Source of the DNA: Geosiphon pyriformis uo1
Lineage: Eukaryota; Fungi; Glomeromycota
DNA length: 64,000 bases
Reading direction: 5' to 3'
NCBI GenBank assembly: GCA_016748015.1
Contig: JAAOMT010000586.1
Coordinates: 789,483-853,482, forward strand
Shown here piece after piece: positions 50,674 to 62,431 of this stretch (within the stretch, counting starts at the first letter, position 1; the number at the start of each line of letters is the position of its first letter). The translations under genes and the position numbers were made by a program. The notes beneath the pieces are model-generated. The model did not search any database. It was not told where the DNA came from and saw only the letters and a list, made by a program, of their open reading frames with translations.

Positions 50674-53600
50674 TTACACAGCTATATGAACTGAAACAGA
50701 GTCACCAATACCAGAAAAGAAAAAACAATGTTTATGAAATCCAAAACAAACACCACAAGCCTCAGCCATACCAAGTAGTCTAACCACACCAGCTGAGATC
50801 CTAGAAGCTGAACCAGAGACTAAGATAGAAAACAAGCCATTAAGTGGAATAAGATTATTCTTTTCCATAAATGCACGATATTTTGCCCGAACCAACCAAA
50901 TATCACTCTTGAAAGTGAGACCAAGAGAGTACACAAACTCAACAATATTCAAATTAGCAACTTTTGGGGCCTTGAAAACATTGACAGCCTCTCGAGACCA
51001 ATTACTAAAAACAAACCCCTTAAAGAGAGCCATAGACACAGAAACATTAGAGGCACAAGAAGACAACAATTGCAGCACGCAGGAAGAAGAAAAAGATAGG
51101 CCAGAAAGCTCTATCCAAGATTTAAAACATGTACTCAGTATCTGGAGACACGCAGACTTATTAATCTCACAAGAGAAAACATGATCCGATGTTTCCACCT
51201 CGCCACAATATAAGCACAAAACACTAGGGTACTGTCTGTCATACAGGCGTTTTCTAACCACAACAGGCAGCTGGTGGTGCAATGCCTTCATGAAAAAAGT
51301 GCATGCATCCACCGTGGGCTTACTAGTGTGGCCAGCAGCCATATGTGAATCAGGATGCTATACCAATGAGGAGCAGAGCCAATCAATGTCCGCAAGCAAG
51401 CTGGCAGGCAAAAATTTAGAACCAGAGCCAATTTTCCAGTGTGCATGACAAACAGAATGAAAAATATCATGAACAAAATGTCTAGAATTGCCAGAAACGG
51501 CACGACCGTCTGCCAACAAGAAGCATGCATTCAAATGCAAAGGAAAGAACCAGCCAGAGTGAGAAGAAGCTCTGACAATAGTATTAGCTTGTTCATTTCC
51601 AATCACACCAGAGTGACCTTTTACCTTGTGCCATTCCACTATTAAATTCCTGTCATGAATAGTATTCACAATAAGCTGGCATTCTACTCAACAAGAATTG
51701 CAAAAATCCGGACACATCAGACCTAATTCAGACTTACAGGCATCCAAAGCAGCTTGACTATCAGAGAACAAACAAACAGAGCTAGAAGAGGGAACACACT
51801 CCAGTGCCAGCGCAATAGCTTGTATTTCCGCCAAAGTAGAAGATAACAAACCCAACACACCAATGTCCAAACCCAGATTAATGTCATTAAAAAAAACCCC
51901 AGCCCCAGCCGTGCAATTTCTGGTACCAAGATTTGTTAGAAACCCATCCATATAAACAGAAACATTACCATAAAGAATTCGGAAGAGCCGATTATGAACC
52001 AACATAAAGCTAGGAGATGTGAGAACACTCTGAAGACCCACACCAACCAAAGTGAGAGAGGGGGCATAAGAAGATGATGTATCAAGAAAGAACTTGACAG
52101 AAAGCACAAACCACTCAGGAGTTGGGCCATGGGAGTCCAATCTCTTCCACTGCTTGAATTTGTACCAGTCAAACACTGCACCATGATGATCATGGAGTTG
52201 GTTAACGAAGGCAATGCCATATCACTGGAGTGAAGGAAGAAACTTGATGAATCTAAACTCACCGAGAATGTTAGACATGGGTACTCCACCATGAAGCCAA
52301 AATAGACTATCAAAAAAACCACTCAAAAATAAATTGCCATTGAAGAAAATATGAACAACACCTGCCAAGAAATTATTCAAAGGGCTGACTCAAACACGAA
52401 CAGGAACACTCAAAAGATGCATTGGACGCCAGCACAAAACTTGTAAATCATGAGACTTGTGGGAGAATAGATGATCCAGGATTCCAGTTGAGTTTGCAAA
52501 ACTAATAAGGGAAGCGACTTTACTTTCTGATTAAATTTGGGCAAAAGATTTCAAACCATAAAAAGAAGGATAGTAGATTATGTTATTAGGAAAATCAAAG
52601 GGCAATCCAGACTTGGACTTCAAGTCTTTATGAACCAAAGAATCCCACTTGTTACACACACTGACAGGAACAAAACTAAATTGAGTCCTATAACCAATGA
52701 TAAAGTAAAGGACAGCTAATACCAAATATAGAAATTGTTTGTTTGACACAGCCTTTCTTAGAACCAAGTTGGTGAAAAAACAAACATCTGAATGTGCTTT
52801 TGCCAGACTGGGCTTCGACAGTCTTTCAGATGACAAAAAGATACCCAGATAACAATGCAATTCATCTGATTTGGCTATAGAAATGGGAGACCCACTGATG
52901 AAAAAAGAAGGAGCTTTGGTACGGCAATTAATCAGAATGGCTATAGTCTTATCATTATTAATAAAAATATCATTGATGTGGAAAAATTCACTAGCAACAT
53001 TAAGAATGTGCTGAATAGCAGCCTGACTGCTACTCACCCAGATCATATCATCCACAAAAGCGCCAGCAGTGAAAAAGGATGACAATCCAGTCTAAGACTC
53101 CATACAGCCCGTCTTAGTAACGAAACGAAAAATTAATCTGTAACCACACACACTCTTCTGCCTCTTAACTTCACACAAGAGAAGATCATAAAAAATACGC
53201 CAAAGAAGTGGTAAGAACACCTCCTCTTAGTCCAAGCCATCGTGTACATGATAACCTTTTATTAATCCAAAATCAGTCATGACCCGATTGGTATGACCAC
53301 CATGAATATCCCCAAAAAACCTAATAAATTTGCTGCACATTTTTATTCTAACCAAACTTTTCTTAAGGTGTTCCCAACCAACTGAGTCATATGCTTTTTT
53401 CATGTCCTGCAAAACCAGCCAGAGCTCCTGGTTTTTTTCAAGGGCATCCTCGATCACTGAACCAATTGCAAAAATGGGAGACTGAGTCGTAGTGCCTTTA
53501 AGAACTGAAAAATTGTCCCCATGAAGAATGTCAAACTTGCTACATGCCAAAGAGATTCTATCAGAGAGAATCTTGGAAAGAATTTTCTGAGCTGTTTCAA

Positions 53601-55362
53601 TCAGAGCAATAGGATAAGTGTTCGTGAGCACGCTCTCCCATTCATAAGGTTTGGGAATCATCGATACCCAGGCATTCTTCCAAGCACCGGGCACTGATTC
53701 ACCACAAAGACAAGAATTAATAAGCACCAAGAGCATATCAAGAACAGATTTGTCACAATGCTTCCAAAGTTCATTGGAGATGCCCAAGAGACCAGCAGCC
53801 TTCCCATCAGGTAAACTAGAGACCACGTCAAACATTTCAACAAAGCTAACACAGCTCATAACATCTGAAAAAGCACCATCAAAAATGTATTCCAAAGGCT
53901 GATATTGGCAAAACTAATCTCCCAGAATATCAAGAACCACTCCACGTGTACGAGTCCACCCCTCCATAATCTTATCCACCTTAGTTTTAACAGAATCAGG
54001 TTCCAGATATAGCTCATCACCAACGACCAAATGATCCAAAACCACCCTATGAAAGGGCCTTTCCAAAACACTTCTAATAGTATGACCCTTGTTAGATTCA
54101 AAAATTTCCATCCTTTTATCAATGGCAGATCTGATTTGTGAGTCTTCAGCACGTTTCAATTCCGATAACTTTGAAGCATGATAAGATTTCCTGGCTTTGA
54201 ACAGAGCTGAATGAATGATGTCAAAAGGGGACTCTGAAAAAAAAAAAGATCTCACTACAGCAGCATTAGAAGAATCAAGCAAAACCCAAGTATTGAGCAG
54301 CAATATGAACCCATCACAATCAACAAAATAGAACATCTTGACCAATTTGAACACTAAAAGTTCTAACTTGTGGAACTTGGACAAACTCTTGGTGAAAATG
54401 CCATCATAATCTTTAAACCAATTCTTTTTGAAAACTTTATTCGCCGAAAAGCACATTGTCTTGTAAACAGCATCCCATATCACATTCAAATCCGACAGTT
54501 GTCTGGCAGCCATGAATTCATTAGAGAACATGGCAGTATTCACTGCTGTGGCATCCTTGAATTTCAACCATAAGACAACATCAGCATCCTTGAAATTGTA
54601 TTTCCAACAATCTCTATTGGCCTGCTTGCGAACAGAACACAAATGTGTATCCAAAAGATCACCCAAACCAATTAACACTGAGATGGCTTGGTGGTCAGTA
54701 TCAAAGAAATCAACCACATCCAGAATATCACGACCCACAATAGTATTGATCAAGCTGGGAGACACAAAAAGATAATCAATTGTCTTTGTCACACCTCAGA
54801 AATTACTCCATGTTGGAACCTTTAAAAACTGACTACCGACAAGAGAGTTGACCAAATCCAAGCTACCACACTTTTTGAAACTAGCACTTCTACGCAAACC
54901 ATTTTCATTAAAGTTACTACCCAAAACTACAAAGGAGAATTCATTTACAGCTCTAGCGATCAAAGCATTCACGTCATTGGCTTGAGAGAAACACACCAAA
55001 GCTGATGCACCAGTATACAGACCCAAAATAGAAACCGAAAGTTTATTCTTAAAAAGTAACCTGACAGAAAGAAGACGGCCAGAGACTTCGAAGACTCCAC
55101 ACACATGTCTGGCCAGAGCAGTGTCCATAACAATAGCCACACCTAAACCGAGATAACCCAAATCCAAACCAGAAATGAAAACTCAAACACCAGCAAACTT
55201 ATCAGCGATCCACAGACAAACTTTACCCTTTAACTTCATTTCTATAATTATTAAAACCATATTGTTCATGCTCATATGCCAACGAATAATGTCGGCCTGC
55301 TTGGCAGAATTGTTCATCCCTCTAATATTGCACGTAGCTATTTTCCACACAAAACTGGTCAT
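50674..55362 (-). pseudogene. LINE ORF2 polyprotein: AP endonuclease, reverse transcriptase, RNase H, C-terminal CCHC
   Basis: IATCNIRGMN, IDYLFVS, TDHQ (APE); PIALIE, QDMKKAYDSV, AFVDD (RT); VYMDG, AEIQA, SDSQAAL, KVKGHSGVIGNE (RNase H); CLYCGEVETSDHVFSC. Seven ORF-track fragments are all in one frame. Confidence 0.95.
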
Positions 55363-57228
55363 TGAGAATTGAGAGACAATGACAATACTGAGCCAGCAAA
55401 CAATTGATCTAACCTCACCAAAATGGAATTTACCAACACCTCCAAAGCTACAAATTTAGATTTGAGACCGCCTAACTTGGAAGTTAGGACTTTAGAGCTG
55501 CTCAAGCCAAGAATTGAACTGTCAGTAGTAGTGGGAAGGAGAGTATTAGAAAGACTATCAGGGTCATCCAAGACCATATCAGAAGGGGAATTCGAAAACA
55601 CAACCACAGACGGAACTGAAGCAAGAGGTTGAGAGTCAGACACAGTAGAGATTTCATCCAAAACAGGCACCAAAGACACCAACTTGGCACCATCCAATTA
55701 TTTTATTATGCATGACACTTGGTTCGACAGGAGCCCCAAAGATCATTCCAAAGACAATAACCACTCATCCAAAGCAGAGTTAAGAGCGAGAGTAGAAGAA
55801 GGCAAACTACCAGAGCCTAGACCACTAGAGGAAAAGAGACTCGAACCCAAGCCAGGAGAAAAACCAGAAGACACAGACACAGAAAAAATAATCTGAGCCC
55901 ATGATTTACTGCCAAAGGCAGCTGGGCGAGAGATGGGAACACTCTTTTTCACGTACAACTTGGCTAGTTGGAGGCAATTCTCATCCAAAATGACCCACTT
56001 TATAAATGGTTTCAGAGGCTTGGGAACGGAAGCAACCTCATCATTACACTCCAAAACTGAATGACCAAACTTTCCACATCTATCACACCGAACTAGGTCT
56101 AATCTAGCCCAAGAAAGTTTTACCCTACCAAAAATAGGCTCCATACAAAATGCAGACTCCAATGCCTCATCATTTTCAAAACAAACAACAGCACAACAAA
56201 CTCTATTACCAGTGTTCAACAATCAATTTATAATACAAGTCTTTCTACCAGCACCTGCCAGAAGATCACTAAGATCATGAGCTGTTATTCCCACCAGCAA
56301 AGTAAACAAAAGCACCCTATACCGATCCCTAGATGCCCATGTCTCACAATCTCTCACAGCTTTGGCCACATCCACTGAATCTTTCCTGATTAAGAATGAC
56401 CACTTAGCAGCCAACTAATCTGCCTGACTTGATTCGGCAAATTCTACCACAGCCTTCTGCCACAGTTCAATGAGTTACAATTGGATTGACATCACTTGAC
56501 CAAACTTGGATACTGCGGCAACAATCATTTCCTTTGGCGTATCCATGAGAATTTCCTTGATGACTACAGCCTGATCTGAGTGAACTTTTTGTTTCTTAAG
56601 ATTGCTGTTTACTATGATGTTATTTGCTCTGGCCAATGATGCGGCCTTTTCCATGCTCTCAGATAAAGTAAACATTGATCAGATGATCCCTTCAAATTTT
56701 GAGGGGGTAGTGGCCCCCCCAAAACCATTGATTCCTGAAAATAATTTCCTTATGACCTGAGTTTTGGCCATTGCCAATTTTTCTTCTATAGCCAAAAGAT
56801 TAATGTCCAAAGCGAATAATTTTTTTATGACCACTTCCACTTGAGTTTTAATGATTTTGGGATCCACCCACATCTTATCCAATGAGAAAGACATATGGAA
56901 GGGGAAGAGAAACTTCCTCTTCTTCCTCCATGTCATAATAAATAGAGCCGAAAGGGGATCCAACAGTTGCACCATTATTGAAATGCTTGGCTTGAAACAT
57001 ATTCATCTTAGAATCAGGTACTTCTTTATCTTCGGAAGCTTCTCTATTAGTATCCATGCCATTAAACTGCCCGACCACATGACCAGACCCACCACTTTTG
57101 AGAGTTGTACCACTACCTAAGAGCTTAACACTACCGGAAGGTTTCTTGATTTTATAACCTGGACCATCACCAACTGAACCAGTGGTCGAAACTCTGGCTG
57201 ATCTTTTCTTAACACTAGGGCCACTCAT
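55359..57228 (-). pseudogene. LINE ORF1 (RRM-like region and CCHC knuckle)
   Basis: MSGPSVKKRS...; CDRCGKFGHSVLEC; one frameshift near 56890 plus several stops. Confidence 0.85.
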
Positions 57229-59364
57229 AGTGGCAGCTGGACCGACAACGAAAGAGTTTGTTTCTTGTGAAATAGTAGAAGACAGTATATAAAAAACAAA
57301 AAAACTTCTTTCAAAATTTTGACTCTTTTTCAGGAATTTGGGACAAAGGAGAGAGAGAAGTTTATTTTTTTTTAATAAAAAATACTTAATATTTATGTTT
57401 TATAAAGTTATGTTATTTGTATTTAAAAATTTTATATTTTTATTTAACATAAAGTTAATTTTTTTTACAAAAACATTTTTTATATTTTTACTGTTAAATT
57501 TATTACTTATATTATTATAAAAACTGGTTATTTTGCTTTTTTAAAATACAAACTTATTTGAAAATACTTTTGAGTTATTGATTTTTATTATTTTTATTAA
57601 TAAAATATACTAAAAACATTTTTTAATACTAAATACTTTGGTTTTTTTATCTAATTTTCTAAAATTACATTTAAAAATATATTTTTTAACATTAAAATAA
57701 GTTTTTTTCTTTTTTTTTTTAAATATAAAATTGTTTATCAAGTTTAGCTTTATAAATAAAATATATTAAAAAAAATAACTTATATAATAAACCAAATAAA
57801 AAAAGTAATAAAGTATTTTTGTTTTTCTTTGTTTTTTTGTGATCAGAAAATTAATAAAAAAAAAGTTTTTTAAGCATCTTAATTATAATTTTGTTTAATT
57901 GTAAATCCAAAAACTTTTTATTAATTATTTAAAAGGTTTGAATTTACATTATTATAATTAAATTATTGATTTGTTTTATAATTAATTCAAATTTATTTAA
58001 TCCATATTTTAGATAAACTATTTTTTGCTTTAATTGAATTTTTTTATTATTTTTGTAAATTTAAATATTAAAATATAATTAATTTTCTATAATAATTATT
58101 GTTATTAAAAATATTTTATAATAAGTAAATATTTATTTTATTCTTCATAATAAAAAAGGTAATTTTTTTAATTTGTGTAAAAACATTGGTTTTATTTTTT
58201 AATTGCTAATTGTTTAAGAATAATCAAGTTTTGTTTTAATGTTTTTATAATAATTATATATATAAATCTTTTTATAAATTGTCTGTTATTATCAACTTTT
58301 TTTTTACAAACTTATTATTATTATTATTATGTTGTGTTAACAAATTTTTATTCCATATTGAAAAATTTCTAAAAACTAAATCTTTAAAAGATCGCAATAG
58401 TCCAAATCATTCAAATAAATTTAAAGTAATATTTTGTGTAAAATCCAAATTTAAATTACCACTAAGTTAAACAATTCATGTTTTTATTCTATTGCAACGG
58501 TCCTATTTTAAAAAACAGGAAATGAATTTTGTAAAATAATTCAGGCCTGAGAAATTGCAAACTAATTAATTTTTGCAAAGTTGGCAACTATGAATGAAAT
58601 AGATCTCAAAAAGAGTGGCTCTTATCAATATCTGATCTTGTATATTAACCTTGAGATTCTGGGTAGTAGTTTCATTTTTATCGGGGCTTGGGCTTTCTTC
58701 TATTCTGCAGACAGATTCATATATTGGCTCGGGTTCAATTTTCGAAAATAGTCTTAAGCAAAAATGACGTGAGCTCCAAACCTTTGATAGTATGCTAACA
58801 AACTAGTGAACCACCTAGAACTCTAAAAAATCCTTTAACTGTTTTTGAGAGCTAGTTGTTTTTCTCGAAGTCAAGTGAGCGATGCTAAACCACTGCTTAT
58901 TTTGTATTTCAGCTTAAGCGGGATATTAGGAAAAACTAGCTAGTCGAAGGCAGTTTCGACCATTGAAGCGATTCTTAAACAGCAGGATCATGAAACCTTT
59001 CATATGAAATGAATCGAATTGAATGGCATATTTTTATTGACCAAATTCTCAATTTGGATTTCAAAAAACGTAAAAAGAATTTTTACATAGTCTTCATTAT
59101 CAAATAATAATGCTCAAGAAACTAATGATAATAAAAGAGAGGCGAAGAGAAAACTCAATTTTCAAAATTGGTATTATCAAGGGCTTAAATCAAAATTAAA
59201 GATGAAATTATATAAAAGGCACTCCAAGGAGTATACAAATTCACCATGATAATCAAATATTTCAAGTCATAAATAAAATTCAACACTCGTTGATTTGATA
59301 TGATTTAAAAGCGTACCTTACTCTATGTAAATAAGCGCCAGGTTTTTCTTGAGGCTAAAACCTC

Positions 59365-60651
59365 TTATTGTGATCCAACCTGCGCTTCCTTTCTCGAGTC
59401 CTCAGTACAAGTAGATTCATGACGTTTCCATGAGTCCTTTCGGCAAAAACTTTTTCGACAAAATTGGCATTCGTACTGTCGTTCTTGTTTGTGAATTCCA
59501 TTGATGTGACGTTTTAGATCATGCTTTCTCGTGAAGGAGCTACCACACCCATCAATCAAGCATCTGAATGGTTTCTCTCGTTGAGGATTGTGAGTCATCA
59601 TATGAGATTGCATGTTATACTTTCGATTGAACGGTCGACTACACTCGGGACACTTGTAATTTTTTTTCAAAACGATGTGCGACACATCAAGATCTTGAAT
59701 CTGTTCATTATCTCGTTTATTTCTTTTTTTTTTTTCATTCGGTGTCATCACTTCGTGATCATCTTCAACATCAATAGCCATCGAAGGTGTTGATGGAATA
59801 GGAGCGATTTTACGATATTTGATCGTCTGGTCGGCTGATTTTCGTGATCGTTTTTTACTTGGTGAATTACCTTGATCCGAGGGTTGTGACTCATCTTCGC
59901 AGTTTAGAATAGCATTTCTAATACGAGTAGAGGTCTCAGTTGACAAACTGGCATTTATGTTTAGGACTAAAATTTCATCATTGACGTTTTTCATATTTTG
60001 TGAAGTATTACAATTCGACGTGGCCGGAGAGGTTATGGGACTTTTACAAGTTGATGATTTAAATGCGATTGGGTTGGACAGCGGCTTGCTTTGGTTTTTT
60101 ACTAGATAATTGACCATCGGCAGAAAGTTATGATCCATGGTATTTGGGGTATTGGAATTTGTTATATTATTGATATGTTCATTATTTGATGATGATGTCG
60201 TTGTTATTATTCTTTTATCAATTCTTGCCAGACCATCATTACTTTCATTTTCCGAATCTGTATAATCAATCACACCAGTAGACGACAGCGAACAATAAAG
60301 CTGGGGTGTTGTCTCGGTAGGTTCAGTTTTAATCATTTTTGGAGGAGACGGTGGTGCAGGACTAGCATTCATAGATGTAATCTGGTTAATATTCACGGGT
60401 GAAGTAATTTCAACATCGTCTATGGTAGCAGAAGGAATGATGTTGGTTGTCGTCTTCGGTTTAAGGGCACCTTGTATTGCATTACGAATGGGAACTAGTT
60501 GCGGTCTCCCGGGTCTAATGGGAATGGGTATCACAACCTCGGGTCCAATTTTAACAAACTCAGGTGTATGATTACCCAAGAATTCTTTCTCCAAATTTGT
60601 GACAGTGTTCTTTGTCTGTTCAGTACCGTCCAAAATTTCATTTGTCGACAT
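59365..60651 (-). CDS. C2H2 zinc-finger transcription factor (three C-terminal fingers; Crz1/Ace2-Swi5-like)
   Basis: Intact 428-aa ORF; CPEC..RKYNMQSH...H, C....C..RKHDLKRH....H, CQFC..RKDSWKRH...C; basic NLS-like KKRSRK and KKKRNKR. Confidence 0.9.
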   Translation of the reverse strand: MSTNEILDGTEQTKNTVTNLEKEFLGNHTPEFVKIGPEVVIPIPIRPGRPQLVPIRNAIQGALKPKTTTNIIPSATIDDVEITSPVNINQITSMNASPAPPSPPKMIKTEPTETTPQLYCSLSSTGVIDYTDSENESNDGLARIDKRIITTTSSSNNEHINNITNSNTPNTMDHNFLPMVNYLVKNQSKPLSNPIAFKSSTCKSPITSPATSNCNTSQNMKNVNDEILVLNINASLSTETSTRIRNAILNCEDESQPSDQGNSPSKKRSRKSADQTIKYRKIAPIPSTPSMAIDVEDDHEVMTPNEKKKRNKRDNEQIQDLDVSHIVLKKNYKCPECSRPFNRKYNMQSHMMTHNPQREKPFRCLIDGCGSSFTRKHDLKRHINGIHKQERQYECQFCRKSFCRKDSWKRHESTCTEDSRKEAQVGSQ

Positions 60652-61246
60652 TGCTAGTATATTTTTGTAGGAACACGCAGCACTTTGTCTTTACTACGCT
60701 TCGCTGCGAGGTCGGCTGCGGTGTTATTAAAAGTTAATGTGTAACGGTAAAATGAATCGTACTATTTGAAAAACGGTAATGTATAAAATGGGAAACCAAA
60801 CGGTTTCATCTTCAAATGATAATTTCTCAATTTCTCAATTGTTTAATTTCAAACATTCAGCGTTCAATATTATTTTCCACTAGTGAGATTACTCAAACAA
60901 GTTCTAACCTTTTCCAGCTTCATTTTTTTCTTCTAAAGATGTTTACTGATTTTCAAAATGACGGAATAATGACGGCACATATTAAATCAATGACGTAACG
61001 CGTTTATACGAATCAATTCTTATTTACTGACAACATTGTTAGTTCGGAGGCTAGACTACAACTCAGCAGCTTGAGTTGGTAACTTTGCAACTTTGCGCAG
61101 CAACGGCAATTTATCATCCATTTAATAGTTATTGACGAGCCTACGCCCCACTACGCCAAGACTGCACCAGTAAGCAAGGTAGTACAATAAACATCAACCC
61201 TATTAAATCAAAAAAATTTACGTTACACCAAAAAATAAAATAAACC
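60652..61246. promoter_or_regulatory. Probable bidirectional promoter between the zinc-finger gene and DAD3
   Basis: Divergent start codons ~600 bp apart; overlapping TGACGTAA and ACGCGT at 60991-61003. Confidence 0.5.
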
Positions 61247-61852
61247 ATGACGAGACTGGAGAACGACTTACGAGCCGAGTATGAGAAGCTTGTGGCTCAT
61301 GTTGATAAGGTATTAAATATTTCTCAGTATAAGAATGTGAGGCAAAGCAAAAAAGAAACCACAGAATTTGGAGGCGCATTTTTGTGATCCTCTATTTTTA
61401 CTGTTTGTTTATTTTTTGGGTACGAAATTTTTTTGCAAATGGGCTATGCTTGAAGTTGTTAAATTTACAACAGGGCAAGGTACTTGTACTGCAACAAGTG
61501 TTAGAGAACGAGTAAGGAAAAGGTTGACAGAATAAAAATCCTAAATTTCCATATTTGATTCTTCGTTCGATCATCTGATTATCAGATGAAAGAAACTATC
61601 ACCCAAATGAACACCACCGATGTCGTTTTGCTGATCGATAAATTGAGATCACTAGAGAAAAAGGTCGGATTGGTATATACATTGTTCCGCGCGTCTGTTT
61701 ATTCGTTGGTTACTGCGGCAGCGCAACAACAACAGGAAGAAGAGGAAGCTGATTTCAGAGGTGGAAATAATGAGTTTGATGATCGTGATGGAAATACTAA
61801 AGTTAGAAATGAAGAAAATAATCCTTTTAATACCAATCGTCACGCGTTTTGA
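61247..61852 (+). CDS. DAD3: DASH/Dam1 kinetochore complex subunit Dad3 (exons 61247-61309 and 61586-61852; 109 aa)
   Basis: Phase-0 GT..AG intron 61310-61585; spliced MTRLENDLRAEYEKL...LRSLEKKVGLVYTLFRASVYSL matches the Dad3 signature (LE....EY..L; LR.LE.K..LV.TL.KASVYS). Confidence 0.88.
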
Positions 61853-61882
61853 TAATCTCTACCTGATTCATAAGATATTTGA

Positions 61883-61912
61883 ATCATTATCATTATCATT
61901 ATCATTATCATG
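61883..61912 (+). repeat. (TCATTA)n microsatellite downstream of DAD3
   Basis: ATCATTATCATTATCATTATCATTATCAT. Confidence 0.8.
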
Positions 61913-62431
61913 ACCATTATTATTAAATTGTGACAATATAATCATGTCAACAAATCTTAAATTTAATTCCTCTAATCATTCACCGCTCAAAGAAGAATAA
62001 AATTTCCCCCATACACATAATATCTGTGTCAGTCACTTTTAATAGTCATTTCCATCATGTTCAATAGGAAAAGAACATAATAAAAGGGGAAGGTATTAAG
62101 TTAAAAGTGTAATGTAATGTTATTCAAAATATAATGATTTTCCAGAGTTTCTATAATGTCTATGTTAATTAATTTTTGTATGTTGTAGTAAGATTGACGT
62201 CCGAGGAAGAAAATATGATATATTACAAAATATAACAAAATGGTTCATGTAGTTTGGGAATAAAGGAGTTTTGTGAGAAAAAAGGAAACATAAGCTCTTG
62301 TACAAATATCCAAAAATTTTAAAATTCTCTGCCCAAGATTAAATCCTCAATTGAAAAAAATACTGAGAATGAAAAAATGATAAAGAATCAAGCCTGATCT
62401 CACTAATTACATATATAATCCAAATTTACAA

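Larger units (their letters stand above)
50539..57365 (-). mobile_element. Full-length LINE with ORF1 and ORF2 (APE-RT-RNase H-CCHC), (TAA)n/A tail
   Basis: ORF1 57228->55359, ORF2 55362->50674, 3' tail ACTCATAAAACGTTAATAATAATAAAAA; candidate low-complexity TSD TTTTTTTTAATAA at 50526-50538 / 57366-57378. Confidence 0.92.

Noticed and set aside
50674-55362. Alternative genetic code or programmed readthrough explaining in-frame stops
   Set aside because: All three stop types occur, at different positions in different copies, and host genes in the window use the standard code.
503-57120. Numerous short antisense or alternative-frame ORFs over TE coding regions (e.g. 8526..8870, 22826..23113, 53651..53902)
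   Set aside because: Shadow ORFs of gag/pol/LINE sequence with no independent motifs.
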